From: a virus
IMG/VR virus record: IMGVR_UViG_3300024950_000032
Coordinates: 2,715 to 66,714 of that record
Length of the DNA stretch: 64,000 bases
Reading direction: 5' to 3' (one strand)
Made by a program: the position numbers and the translations under genes. Below the pieces are notes generated by a model, which was not told the origin of the DNA, searched no databases, and saw nothing but the letters and a program-made list of their open reading frames with translations. Below are positions 39,308-47,868 of this stretch, one piece after another; within the stretch, counting starts at the first letter, position 1; each line of letters begins with the position of its first letter.

Positions 39308-39460
39308 TTACGTATGGAATCCCCGGTGCGTGTAGGTTCCGCACTGATTCCAGCGTTCGAGGCGTTCGCTGCGACGGGTCTGAACTGTTCGATACCGATG
39401 TACGTCATAGCCAACTCCGATGACCACCAGAGCGGCCCAAATTACCAAAATGACAATCAT
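39308..39460 (-). CDS. 50-aa membrane peptide
   Basis: Read manually: AAGGA RBS, MIVILVIWAALVVIGVGYDVHRYR... Confidence 0.5.
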   Translation of the reverse strand: MIVILVIWAALVVIGVGYDVHRYRTVQTRRSERLERWNQCGTYTHRGFHT

Positions 39461-39628
39461 GGCGTTTCCTTATGCCAGGGACGGATTTAGGGTGGGACGG
39501 GGTTTCGAGTGAGGCTCCGTGCGAATCGGAGGTCTGGCTCGAATTCATGATGCGTCCAAACGTGTGGATGCAGCAAGCCGCCAAAACAGCTGACACGATC
39601 AGGAACAACAGCAGTATCACCAGGGCCA

Positions 39629-40015
39629 TCAGAAGCCTCCCATCTCGTCCATCATGCTGAAGTCCTGGGCTTGGGCCAGGGCCGACATGAGCGAGCAATT
39701 GGTGCTGCACAGCGCCGAGAAGAAGGCGCACAGCTCGTCGCCGCGCAGCGTCTCCTCATCGCCCCAGCCGCGACTGCGCGGCAGGTAGTCGAACAGGACC
39801 GTGAATCGATCCGGCGTCGTGTGGATGATCTCGGCCAGGGGGACGCCCTGGTTCGTGAGGCTGAATCGGCCCCGCTCAGCGCCCGCCAGGGGCTGCGCCA
39901 GGCGTATCAGCGTGGGTTGGGGTGCACCCAGGGTCTTGCGGCTGTCCCAGGCCTTGAATACGGGGCAGGCAGGGCGCGTGAAGGTGCGGGGCTGGGGCGG
40001 GGTGACGCGGATCAT
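39629..40015 (-). CDS. hypothetical protein
   Basis: Start MIRVTP after GAGG. Confidence 0.55.
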   Translation of the reverse strand: MIRVTPPQPRTFTRPACPVFKAWDSRKTLGAPQPTLIRLAQPLAGAERGRFSLTNQGVPLAEIIHTTPDRFTVLFDYLPRSRGWGDEETLRGDELCAFFSALCSTNCSLMSALAQAQDFSMMDEMGGF

Positions 40016-40025
40016 GGCGACGCCC

Positions 40026-40580
40026 TCAGCAGACCAGACGCACACGACCGATGGTCATGACGTACTCGTAATCGTCCCCGCTCAGGTGGCGGGCACCGTT
40101 CGTCTTGGCCCGGTTGTAGCGGGTCATGGGTCCGTCATTGGGTCCGAACTTGTCACCCTCGTCCTCCCAGAGCGACTCTGGGGCGTAGGTCAGTGCAGCG
40201 GTGTCCAGTCGAGCCTGCAGCGCGGCCAGGTCGGTGCCGTACTCCAGAAACACGGTGCTGTTCATGGCCTCGGGGTCGTCGCCCACGTACAGCTCGACGA
40301 TCTCAGCCTTGTAGACGGCAGGCAGCGCCGGGTTGGGTGCTGTGCCAGTCAGGCATTCGCACAGGTCGACCAGTAGCCACACATGGACGCTGGACGGAGG
40401 TTCACCGTTCAGGTCCAGGCTGAGCCCCGTTACACGGCTGGTCCCGATGTCGACCACGACGCGGACCAAGGTGGGTAGGGCGACGCCCTTCCCGACCAGC
40501 TCGTCGGCCTGTTCCTGGATGCGCACCAGCTCGGCACACGAGTAGAAGGGGCGAGGAGTGGGCTTGAAAAATTTGTCCAT
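40026..40580 (-). CDS. hypothetical protein
   Basis: Start MDKFFK after GGAG. Confidence 0.6.
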   Translation of the reverse strand: MDKFFKPTPRPFYSCAELVRIQEQADELVGKGVALPTLVRVVVDIGTSRVTGLSLDLNGEPPSSVHVWLLVDLCECLTGTAPNPALPAVYKAEIVELYVGDDPEAMNSTVFLEYGTDLAALQARLDTAALTYAPESLWEDEGDKFGPNDGPMTRYNRAKTNGARHLSGDDYEYVMTIGRVRLVC

Positions 40581-40828
40581 GTGGATCTCCGGTGTAGGGG
40601 TGCCCCGGAGCGATCCGGGGCGTGGGGCTGGCCTTGCGGACCAGCGGGTGCATAGCTTTCGTTCTTGGTTTCCGGCCCCAAAGCGATGCGGGACTAGCCG
40701 GGACGGATCTCGGGCTTTGCCAGAGCCCTCAAGCGTCGGTGGATGCAAGGCCACACGGGCAAGCCTCCGGGGCTTGCCGCTGCGGTCTACAGCGTGCTCC
40801 TAGGAGACTCCTAGGAGCGACCCAGGAG

Positions 40829-41077
40829 TCAGGCCAGGGCGATGACCACAGCCCGCGCCCGCATCGAGCGGTGCAAGGCCTCACACATGCGGCGCTCGGC
40901 GCCGTACAACTCCCAGCTGGTCCAGCCACCGGCCTGACCAGCACGCAGGACACCGGCAGCGTCCTCGGCCAGGTCGCGCTGGACCAGGGATTGCTCCCGG
41001 GCATGGGAGATCACCCGGTCCACAGGCCAGTCGGGGTACGCGGCAATGGCTTTGGCCACGAATTCGGTTCGGGTCAT
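40829..41077 (-). CDS. hypothetical protein
   Basis: Start MTRTEF after AAGGAG. Confidence 0.6.
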   Translation of the reverse strand: MTRTEFVAKAIAAYPDWPVDRVISHAREQSLVQRDLAEDAAGVLRAGQAGGWTSWELYGAERRMCEALHRSMRARAVVIALA

Positions 41078-41091
41078 GGTTGCTCCTTGGG

Positions 41092-41424
41092 TCAGGAATG
41101 GAACTCGATCTCGGCGCCGACCTGGCGCTGGATCGCCCCCACGAAGATCGACTTGCCCCCCACGTAGTAGAGGACGAGGCCGAACTCCAGCCAGCCACCG
41201 GGCTGGCGGCTGGCGCAATAGACCTGGTGGCGGTGAGTCACCAACTGGTCGGGGTCCCAGCGCTCGACCCGGTCCAGACATGCCTTGAGCATGTCCAGCT
41301 CGGCCAGGTCGGCGCTGTGGACGTCGACGCCCAGGTCACCCGCACGCTCCAGGATCAGCTTCAGATCCACGGCGTGGGCCACAGTAGCGGAGGGGAGGGT
41401 GTACTGCTGTTGAGCTTGTTGCAT
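41092..41424 (-). CDS. hypothetical protein
   Basis: 110 aa, GGAG RBS, ends EIEFHS. Confidence 0.65.
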   Translation of the reverse strand: MQQAQQQYTLPSATVAHAVDLKLILERAGDLGVDVHSADLAELDMLKACLDRVERWDPDQLVTHRHQVYCASRQPGGWLEFGLVLYYVGGKSIFVGAIQRQVGAEIEFHS

Positions 41425-41460
41425 TCACATTCTCCAAGAGTGGCAAATTGTGCCTTGGTT

Positions 41461-41676
41461 TCACTTCCTACCGTGGATCAGGCACAGACCCAGGATGGCG
41501 ATCAGTCCCGGGATGGCGCCCAGCACCATCAGGTTGGGGCTCTCCATCCAGGCGCCCAGGGCGGCGCCGGCCAGGCTCAACACGAAGCTGACCACCAGCT
41601 GCACATAGGCGTGCAGCATGGGGTACTTGCGACGGGCACGGCGACGATGGGCAAGGGCTTGGTTCAGATCGATCAT
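41461..41676 (-). CDS. two-TM membrane protein
   Basis: GGAGG RBS; two hydrophobic segments. Confidence 0.6.
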   Translation of the reverse strand: MIDLNQALAHRRRARRKYPMLHAYVQLVVSFVLSLAGAALGAWMESPNLMVLGAIPGLIAILGLCLIHGRK

Positions 41677-41812
41677 GGGGTTACCTCCGAGCTTGAGTTT
41701 GGGTTTGGGTTCGGAAAAGGACCAGGGTCAGGCCGGCAGCGACCAGACCAAGCAAGGGATTCAGGACCAGGACAGCGCCGGTCACGAGGCTGGCGAGCAA
41801 GAGCATGGTGAG

Positions 41813-42402
41813 TTGTCCACAGGTTGGTTGCGTGAAAAAGTCACGAATCGACCGCAAAACAGACGAAAGTCCTTTGGTGACAAGCACTTAAGGCATGTCT
41901 GTGGATAAGTCTGTAGGCGGCGAAATAGGGGGGGTGGGGAAACGGCGTGAAGACTGCAAGAGGTCAAAACGCGAGGACGGTTTCAGCTGGGGAGGTAGCT
42001 GATGGGGACGAAAAATCGCCTGTGGGTCCGAATAGGGGCCTTGGCGCCGAAATCGACGCGAAAGGGCCTAAACGGGCCTACAGGCGATTTTTCTGGAGAG
42101 GACGTAGGGGAGTAAAGGCTCGAAAAAATTCCTAAAAAATTTCTCAACACGAAGAGCCTAAATCCCTAAAAAAAATTACTTACCTTTTGTTGATTTTTAA
42201 AAAGAGAGGTAAGTGCTTGATAGGATTTGAGAAAAGGGGCGGAAAAGTTGTTGTTGGGATGCCTGGGGTTACTACTGAGGCAAATTAACAACGCTTTTCG
42301 CGTAGGTCCAGGAAATTTTTCAGAGATACCAAAGTGCTTGCAAAGTGCTTGCTATTGGTTTCTGAGGTCGGAAGACTGGCCCTAGTCTGGGAGTTATCCA
42401 CA
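41813..42402. promoter_or_regulatory. oriC-like locus: DnaA boxes, IHF site, AT-rich tract
   Basis: TTATCCACA at 42394-42402 (+) and 41900-41908 (-), TTGTCCACA at 41813-41821; TATCAAGCACTTA (IHF consensus) at 42210-42222 (-); A/T tracts 42120-42250. Confidence 0.55.
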
Positions 42403-43046
42403 GGCTAGGGGCAGTCCTCGGTGAGGAGGACTTGGGAATGGCTCACAGATGCCGGCTGAATGCGTCGAAAGCGCTGCTGGTCGTTTGAGCTGAGGGTATA
42501 GGCACAGTTTGGGCCGTAATGCTCAACCAGGCTGGATCTGCGAGACGGCGCAAGACTCCACATATTCAGGGCGCTGTCATGCGGTGCTGAATATGTGGCT
42601 TGGCCTCGAATAGTCGGTTATCCCCGTGACTATTGAACGGGCTTTGCCAACTCCCCGGCGAATTGCCCCGGGCAGCTTTTGAGTCGGCAAATATTCGTGT
42701 CTGTTGGGCGATGGGCACAGTTAGGGCTTTGATGCCTTCCCGTGCAATGGGCGCACCTTGGGCATTTGATGCCGCAAGGGTCTAGGCGCTTGGCTGAGGC
42801 CTATGTCTAGGGCGCTGCCCTGGGGCTGGCCCTGGGCGCTGCCATCGTCGCAACAGTGAAAAAGAAGCATTGAACATCACAAGCGGGCAGCGAGCGGGGC
42901 AAGCTGGCAGCGAGTAACGGAGCGCACAGAGCGCGCTCGCCTTGCCTGATTTTCAGGCGGCCGGGCTATTGCAGTCCCTTACCCCAGGTACTGACAGCGA
43001 GCTTGCGCAAGCTGACAGCGAGGGAGGAGGCGCTTTACCCGGTCTA

Positions 43047-43104
43047 GGGCATCGCCTAAGCCACGCGGGGAGGCTTAGGCGATGCCCCGGACGAATCCGG
43101 GGCA
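43047..43104 (-). terminator. overlapping hairpins after first early gene
   Basis: 16-bp perfect stem 43047-43062/43072-43087 and 9-bp stem 43083-43104 with TTCG loop on minus strand. Confidence 0.5.
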
Positions 43105-43109
43105 CTAGG

Positions 43110-44042
43110 TCAGGCAGCCAGCAGGGCGCCGCCCTTCACTGCATCGGCGATGCGCTCAGCGTTTGCACGGTGCACGTCGCTCGCCGCGTCGCGCTGGTGC
43201 ATGACTTCTTGCGCGCTGATTGCCTGATTTTCAGAAGTGACAATGGCGGCGCGCTTCTTGCCCTTGTTGCCCTTCACTGCGACAGCCGCAGCGGCGATGC
43301 CTTCGGCAGCCTTGAGGGCGGCGGCAGCGGCGGCAGCCTGGGCGGCGCCCTCGGCAGCGACGCGGGCAGCCTCAGCGGCTGCGCGCTCAGTGGCTGCAGC
43401 CTCAGCGGCAGCCACCACGGGGAGGGCGGCGCGCACCAGGGAGAGCAAGAAGGGGGAAGCGCCCAGGGCATCGGCAAGGGTTTGCACGCGGTCATCAGTA
43501 GCGCCGGTCAAGCTCTCCAGGGCAGCGCCCAGGGTGGCCGCAGCGGCAGCGACGCTAGACAGAGGCAGGGGGGAGCCCTTGCCATCGGCCACGGGCGCGG
43601 CGCTGCCGTCAATTTCCTGGGGGGCAGCGGCAGGGGTGGCATTCTTGGCCGCTTCCTTATCCGCCTCGCGCTTTGCTGCCTTCTTGTCACGCTCAGCGCT
43701 TACCAGTTCGGCAAGGCAAGGGAGGGCGAAGGCCTTCACCTCAGCTTGAGCGGCGCCAAGCCATGCGGCGCCCTTCTTTGCGCGGGCAAATTCCCCGGGC
43801 TTGCCCGGCAGAATCACGAGGTCAGCGAGGGCGCCGCCCAGGGTAGCGACGCACAAGCGGGCCGCGTCGCTGCCCTTGATGCTTTCGAGTGCGGCGAGCA
43901 GCTTATTGAGGGGGGTAAGCTGGCCATTGCTCAGGGCATGCGCTGCGGCATGGCGCATGAGGGGGGTAATGCTGGCGGGGGTGTTGGCGATGCGAGCGAC
44001 GCCAGCAGTAAAGGCAGCGGCAGCGAGAAAGACCTTAGACAT
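43110..44042 (-). CDS. Ala-rich 310-aa protein, first gene of the left arm
   Basis: Start MSKVFL after AAAGGGG; the upstream ORF extension is only the repeat array. Confidence 0.7.
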   Translation of the reverse strand: MSKVFLAAAAFTAGVARIANTPASITPLMRHAAAHALSNGQLTPLNKLLAALESIKGSDAARLCVATLGGALADLVILPGKPGEFARAKKGAAWLGAAQAEVKAFALPCLAELVSAERDKKAAKREADKEAAKNATPAAAPQEIDGSAAPVADGKGSPLPLSSVAAAAATLGAALESLTGATDDRVQTLADALGASPFLLSLVRAALPVVAAAEAAATERAAAEAARVAAEGAAQAAAAAAALKAAEGIAAAAVAVKGNKGKKRAAIVTSENQAISAQEVMHQRDAASDVHRANAERIADAVKGGALLAA

Positions 44043-44174
44043 ATCGAACCCTTTCAATAGGGCGTGTTTGCCCCTATCGCTACAGGGGCCTATCCCCCGG
44101 CGATGTAGTGACTTTAGGCGGTATATCCCCCGACGGGATAGAGGGTAAACCCTTAGTTGTGCAAATTCTTTTGC

Positions 44175-44455
44175 GGGGCAGGGCGGCGCCCTGGTGGCTG
44201 GGGATGGCATGCCCCAGGGGCAGGGCGCCGCCCTGGTGGCTGGGGATGGCATGCCCCAGGGCGCCGCCCTATCTAGTGTCACCCAGACCGAGGGAGGGCA
44301 GGCCGAGGGGCAGGGCGGCGCCCTGGTGGCTGAGGGTGGCATGCCCAAGGGCGGCGCCCTTGTATATGTAGGTGACGACATCGGGCAGGCTGGCAAGGAT
44401 AGGGCCAAAGGGCAGGGCGATGCCCTAGCCGTTTTGCGGGGCTGGGCGGCGCCCT
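44175..44455. repeat. 42-bp direct repeats built on the AGGGC-N3-GCCCT palindrome
   Basis: Units at 44175-44216, 44217-44258 and 44307-44348, plus partial units at 44414 and 44443. Confidence 0.9.
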
Positions 44456-44611
44456 AGGCGAAAGCATGTAGGGTGGGCAGGCCTAGCCGCTTGACTACGG
44501 GGGTCTGAGAGCGCGGCGACAAGGGCGCGGCAAACCACCTCACCTCGAAAAAAATTTCACCTGCCACAACTTTTTAAGACATAATGGGACACAAGGAAGG
44601 CAGGAAACACA

Positions 44612-44986
44612 GTGTCAAACAAGTCCCCGACGCAACGAGTTCGGCTCGATCCACGCATCAACAGCTTCCTGAGTCAGTTGGCGGTCAGCAAGTCGGCTGC
44701 AATCTCCGCAGCCATTGACGAAGCAGCAGAAGACCCTCAAGTGCTCGTAGAAGCCTTCAGGCGTAGTTTCGATACCGACATCGTTACAGACGTCCAAACG
44801 ACTGTTGTTATGCAGTCGTCCACAAAAGCTAAACTAGATGCTCTCACTGCTATGACGAAGTTAGGTAGAGAGCACACACTTCACCTCTGCGCCGAGGCAT
44901 ACATGCACAGGCGCATCACACAAGAGAACCAACATGAGCCTACTGAACGTGTACTCGATCTACAAGGAAGGTCTGATCAGCCATGA
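44612..44986 (+). CDS. putative tandem ribbon-helix-helix regulator
   Basis: QRVRLDPRIN...SKSAAISAAID and TTVVMQSSTKAKLDAL...; AGGA RBS. Confidence 0.55.
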   Translation: MSNKSPTQRVRLDPRINSFLSQLAVSKSAAISAAIDEAAEDPQVLVEAFRRSFDTDIVTDVQTTVVMQSSTKAKLDALTAMTKLGREHTLHLCAEAYMHRRITQENQHEPTERVLDLQGRSDQP

Positions 44987-45548
44987 CGAGGCTGCAGCCC
45001 AATTGAACCTGACCCCGGAGAGCCTCAAGATCCGTATGGAACGCTGGGGCGACCGTATGCCAACTCTCCTCGCGGCACTTGACGCAATTGCAAATGACGA
45101 AGCCACGCGCCCGGAAGTGGCAAGTGTGCTTGGCATTTCGTTACGAGAAGTAAATCATCTGATGGAGTCCTGGGGCATCAAGCGTCCCATCAAGCCGTAC
45201 CTCATCAGCCGCACTGCCAGCAAGGTCAAGTGGGAACTACGCAAGAAGCACGCTATCGACTACATCGCGGGCGCTGACCTAGAGACCTGTGCTCTAAACG
45301 CTCAGTGCAGCGATCGTCAGATCCGTCGTTGGGTATCGGAGCTGCTCGACAAGCATTTCGGGATGATGTTCAAAGACTTACGTGAATTGACCATCCAACG
45401 TCGTCGCCGCCTGGCTGACGAAATCGAAGAAGCTGAGGGCCTTGAGCTTGCAGCTCAGAACGTCCTTAATTCAATTACCTCCGGTGAGAAGACTCTCGCC
45501 GAGGAAGCCCTAGAACGCCTAAAGGCAAAGCATCGGAATAAGAAATGA
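44934..45548 (+). CDS. multi-HTH DNA-binding protein (regulator or terminase-associated)
   Basis: HDEAAAQLNLT, RPEVASVLGISLREV, CSDRQIRRW. Confidence 0.65.
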   Translation: MSLLNVYSIYKEGLISHDEAAAQLNLTPESLKIRMERWGDRMPTLLAALDAIANDEATRPEVASVLGISLREVNHLMESWGIKRPIKPYLISRTASKVKWELRKKHAIDYIAGADLETCALNAQCSDRQIRRWVSELLDKHFGMMFKDLRELTIQRRRRLADEIEEAEGLELAAQNVLNSITSGEKTLAEEALERLKAKHRNKK

Positions 45549-45982
45549 TTAATGACGAGGAAGTGAAGAGCTTTGGTACGTCGGGAAGTATTCCCACAAA
45601 CGTGAAGGCACCATTCAATTGGTCGTCTTTACCTCTTCACCTCCTCATCAAGTACCGAGACGAGATTACTGCAGTACTTCCAAGCACCAACCTGGCCGAC
45701 CTGAACCTCGAACAGGAGCTAATCCTCCAATACCATTCGACTCGCCAGCTCCAGAACGACGTCCTCGACGAGGACACTATCCCCGCCAATCAGCGTGCCC
45801 AGGTCGCAAATGCGGTCGCCACGAGCTTGAATAAGCTGGCCGACCTGCAGGGCAGCATCTACACCAGTGAACGATTCAAGAAGATTGAGAACCTTCTGAT
45901 CCGCACATTGACAAAATTGCCAGAAGAGCAGGCAGAAGCCTTTATCGTCGAGTACGAGAAGATCCTGAAGGACGCGAAATGA
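45545..45982 (+). CDS. probable terminase small subunit
   Basis: Helical 145 aa, ATGA-coupled immediately upstream of large subunit. Confidence 0.55.
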   Translation: MINDEEVKSFGTSGSIPTNVKAPFNWSSLPLHLLIKYRDEITAVLPSTNLADLNLEQELILQYHSTRQLQNDVLDEDTIPANQRAQVANAVATSLNKLADLQGSIYTSERFKKIENLLIRTLTKLPEEQAEAFIVEYEKILKDAK

Positions 45983-47667
45983 GTGGCATCGTCGACGTCC
46001 ATATCGAGCGGCTGCGTACTGCGGTCCTGAAGAAGCACACGGCAGCGTCGATTGCCAAGTGGATCACCGAGGAGACGACCTACGGCGGTCAGCCGTACTC
46101 CTACGTCGGCCATGAGTACCAGGAAGCCATCCTCTCCGACACGTCGGTCGAGGTGAACGTGCAGAAATGCTCCCAGGTGGGCGTATCGGAGGCCTCGGCC
46201 CGCATGGCACTTGCCATGGTGAACGTGATCAGCCCCTTCACGGTGGCCTATACGCTGCCGACAGCGCACTTTGCAGGTACTTTCACCAAGACCCGGGTCG
46301 ATACGGTGATCGACGGGTCGAAATTGATGAAGTCGGCCATCCACAAGACGACCGACAACAACGAGATCAAGCGTTTTGGTGACTCGTTCCTCTATGTACG
46401 AGGAGCTGCGTCCTCGAACGCACCTATTTCAATCCCGTGCGACATGCTCATCCACGATGAGTATGACTTTTCAGCTCAAGACGTGCTGACACAGTACATC
46501 TCGCGGTTGACTCACTCAAAATGGAAGTTCATTCGTCGATTTAGCACCCCGACACTGCCCGATTTCGGTATTAACAAGGAATTCAAGCAGTCGCGGAGGT
46601 TCCTGAACCTCTGTAAATGCAATCACTGCAATTTTTGGTTCACTCCAGACTATTACTCACACGTCAAAATCCCTGATTTCAAGGGCGATTTGCGCATCAT
46701 GAATAAGCAAACGCTCTCGAAAATCCGCTGGAAAGAGGCGAAATTGCACTGCCCGAGCTGCCACAAAGTGCCCAATTTGATGCCTCAACACCGTGAATAC
46801 GTGTGTGAGAACCCAGATTCGGGGTATGTGGCGGCCGGTTATCAGGTTTCTCCGTTCGATGCACCGACGATCATCGATACCAGCTACCTGGTCAAGGCCA
46901 GCACCGACTACGCACGCGTGCAGGACTTTGTGAATTTCGGACTTGGCCTACCGGCTGAGGATTCCGAGGCCACCCTGACCCGAGAGGACTTCGTCAACCT
47001 GTTCGTGCATGCCGAGGGCAGCGCCGGTGTGAACGTGATGGGTGTTGACGTGGGCAACGTGTACCACTTCGTGGTCGGCTCGGTCGATGCCTGGGGCGAC
47101 ATGGTGATCCTGCATCGCGAGCAGGTGCCCATGGGCACGGCCAAGAAGCGCTACGGCGAACTGCGGAGCAAGTTCAGGGTGGTGTGCTCGGTGATCGACT
47201 CCGGCCCGCACGCCGAGACGGTCATGAGCCTGCAGGAGCAGGACCCCAACCTGTATGCCAGCGTCTACATGAGGTCCAAGTCGATCCTGACGCACAACGT
47301 GGTCGACAAGGATAAGGACAAGGACAAGGGTCAGGAGTTCCTGCGCCAGGTCAACGTGAATCGCAGCCGTGCTTTCGATGGCTTCATGAACTTCATCCGC
47401 GAGAACCACCTCACGATCCTGAAGACCGAGGAAGACGAGCTGTTCATCCAACACCACTGCAGCATGAAGCGCGTAAAGCAGTTCGACAGCGAGTCGGGTG
47501 AGATGGTGTATTCGTGGGTGAAGACCGATGGTGAGGACCACTTCCACCACGCAGCCCTGTACTGCTGGCTGGCCGGCAAGATCAAGGGTGTCAGCAGTCC
47601 GACCATCATCCTGCCCACAACAGGGGTGTTCACTTTCCGCAACAAATCAGAACTTGCGCGAGATTGA
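45979..47667 (+). CDS. terminase large subunit, lambda GpA-like
   Basis: KCSQVGVSE Walker A, IHDEYD, FSTPT, CNHC/CPSC Zn finger, MGVDVG nuclease, DHFHHA. Confidence 0.92.
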   Translation: MSGIVDVHIERLRTAVLKKHTAASIAKWITEETTYGGQPYSYVGHEYQEAILSDTSVEVNVQKCSQVGVSEASARMALAMVNVISPFTVAYTLPTAHFAGTFTKTRVDTVIDGSKLMKSAIHKTTDNNEIKRFGDSFLYVRGAASSNAPISIPCDMLIHDEYDFSAQDVLTQYISRLTHSKWKFIRRFSTPTLPDFGINKEFKQSRRFLNLCKCNHCNFWFTPDYYSHVKIPDFKGDLRIMNKQTLSKIRWKEAKLHCPSCHKVPNLMPQHREYVCENPDSGYVAAGYQVSPFDAPTIIDTSYLVKASTDYARVQDFVNFGLGLPAEDSEATLTREDFVNLFVHAEGSAGVNVMGVDVGNVYHFVVGSVDAWGDMVILHREQVPMGTAKKRYGELRSKFRVVCSVIDSGPHAETVMSLQEQDPNLYASVYMRSKSILTHNVVDKDKDKDKGQEFLRQVNVNRSRAFDGFMNFIRENHLTILKTEEDELFIQHHCSMKRVKQFDSESGEMVYSWVKTDGEDHFHHAALYCWLAGKIKGVSSPTIILPTTGVFTFRNKSELARD

Positions 47668-47682
47668 CATTGTGGTAAATTG

Positions 47683-47821
47683 GGATGGTCGCAGAACGAG
47701 ACGGTATCGGACCTGATGATGGGTGCACCTGGTGCACCGCCGAGCGCGCCAGCGTGTCGTAAGGCAAACTCCTTGATTGTCCGCAAACGGCGCGGCCACC
47801 TTCGGGTGGCCGTTTCCGTTT
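47683..47821 (+). ncRNA. candidate small structured RNA between terminase and portal
   Basis: TTGCGC-16-TAAATT promoter with TG extension upstream; several stems; ends in CGGCCACC-TTCG-GGTGGCCG hairpin plus T-rich tail. Confidence 0.35.
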
Positions 47822-47868
47822 CAGAGTGACGCTTGTGGAAAATGGGAAGGTCTGGTAAAACGAGCCAA

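Noticed and set aside
39106-39414. 102-aa ORF as annotated in the track
   Set aside because: Its 5' part overlaps a better-supported 50-aa membrane peptide (39308-39460); true start uncertain
40720-40790. c-di-GMP riboswitch or ribozyme-like words (GCAAAGCC, GCAAGCCTCCGG)
   Set aside because: Required GNRA/receptor architecture not found
44175-44360. Possible CRISPR mini-array
   Set aside because: Repeats are head-to-tail or irregularly spaced, with no uniform unique spacers and no cas genes
44043-44408. N-terminal extension of ORF 43110-44408
   Set aside because: It simply translates the repeat array; a better start with RBS is at 44042
47713-47745. Hammerhead ribozyme (CTGATGA followed by a stem)
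   Set aside because: No GAAA after stem II and no compatible stems I/III
47683-47785. Canonical or selenocysteine tRNA
   Set aside because: No TTC T-loop, no U33, no CCA, no TCA anticodon; kept only as a tRNA-like candidate
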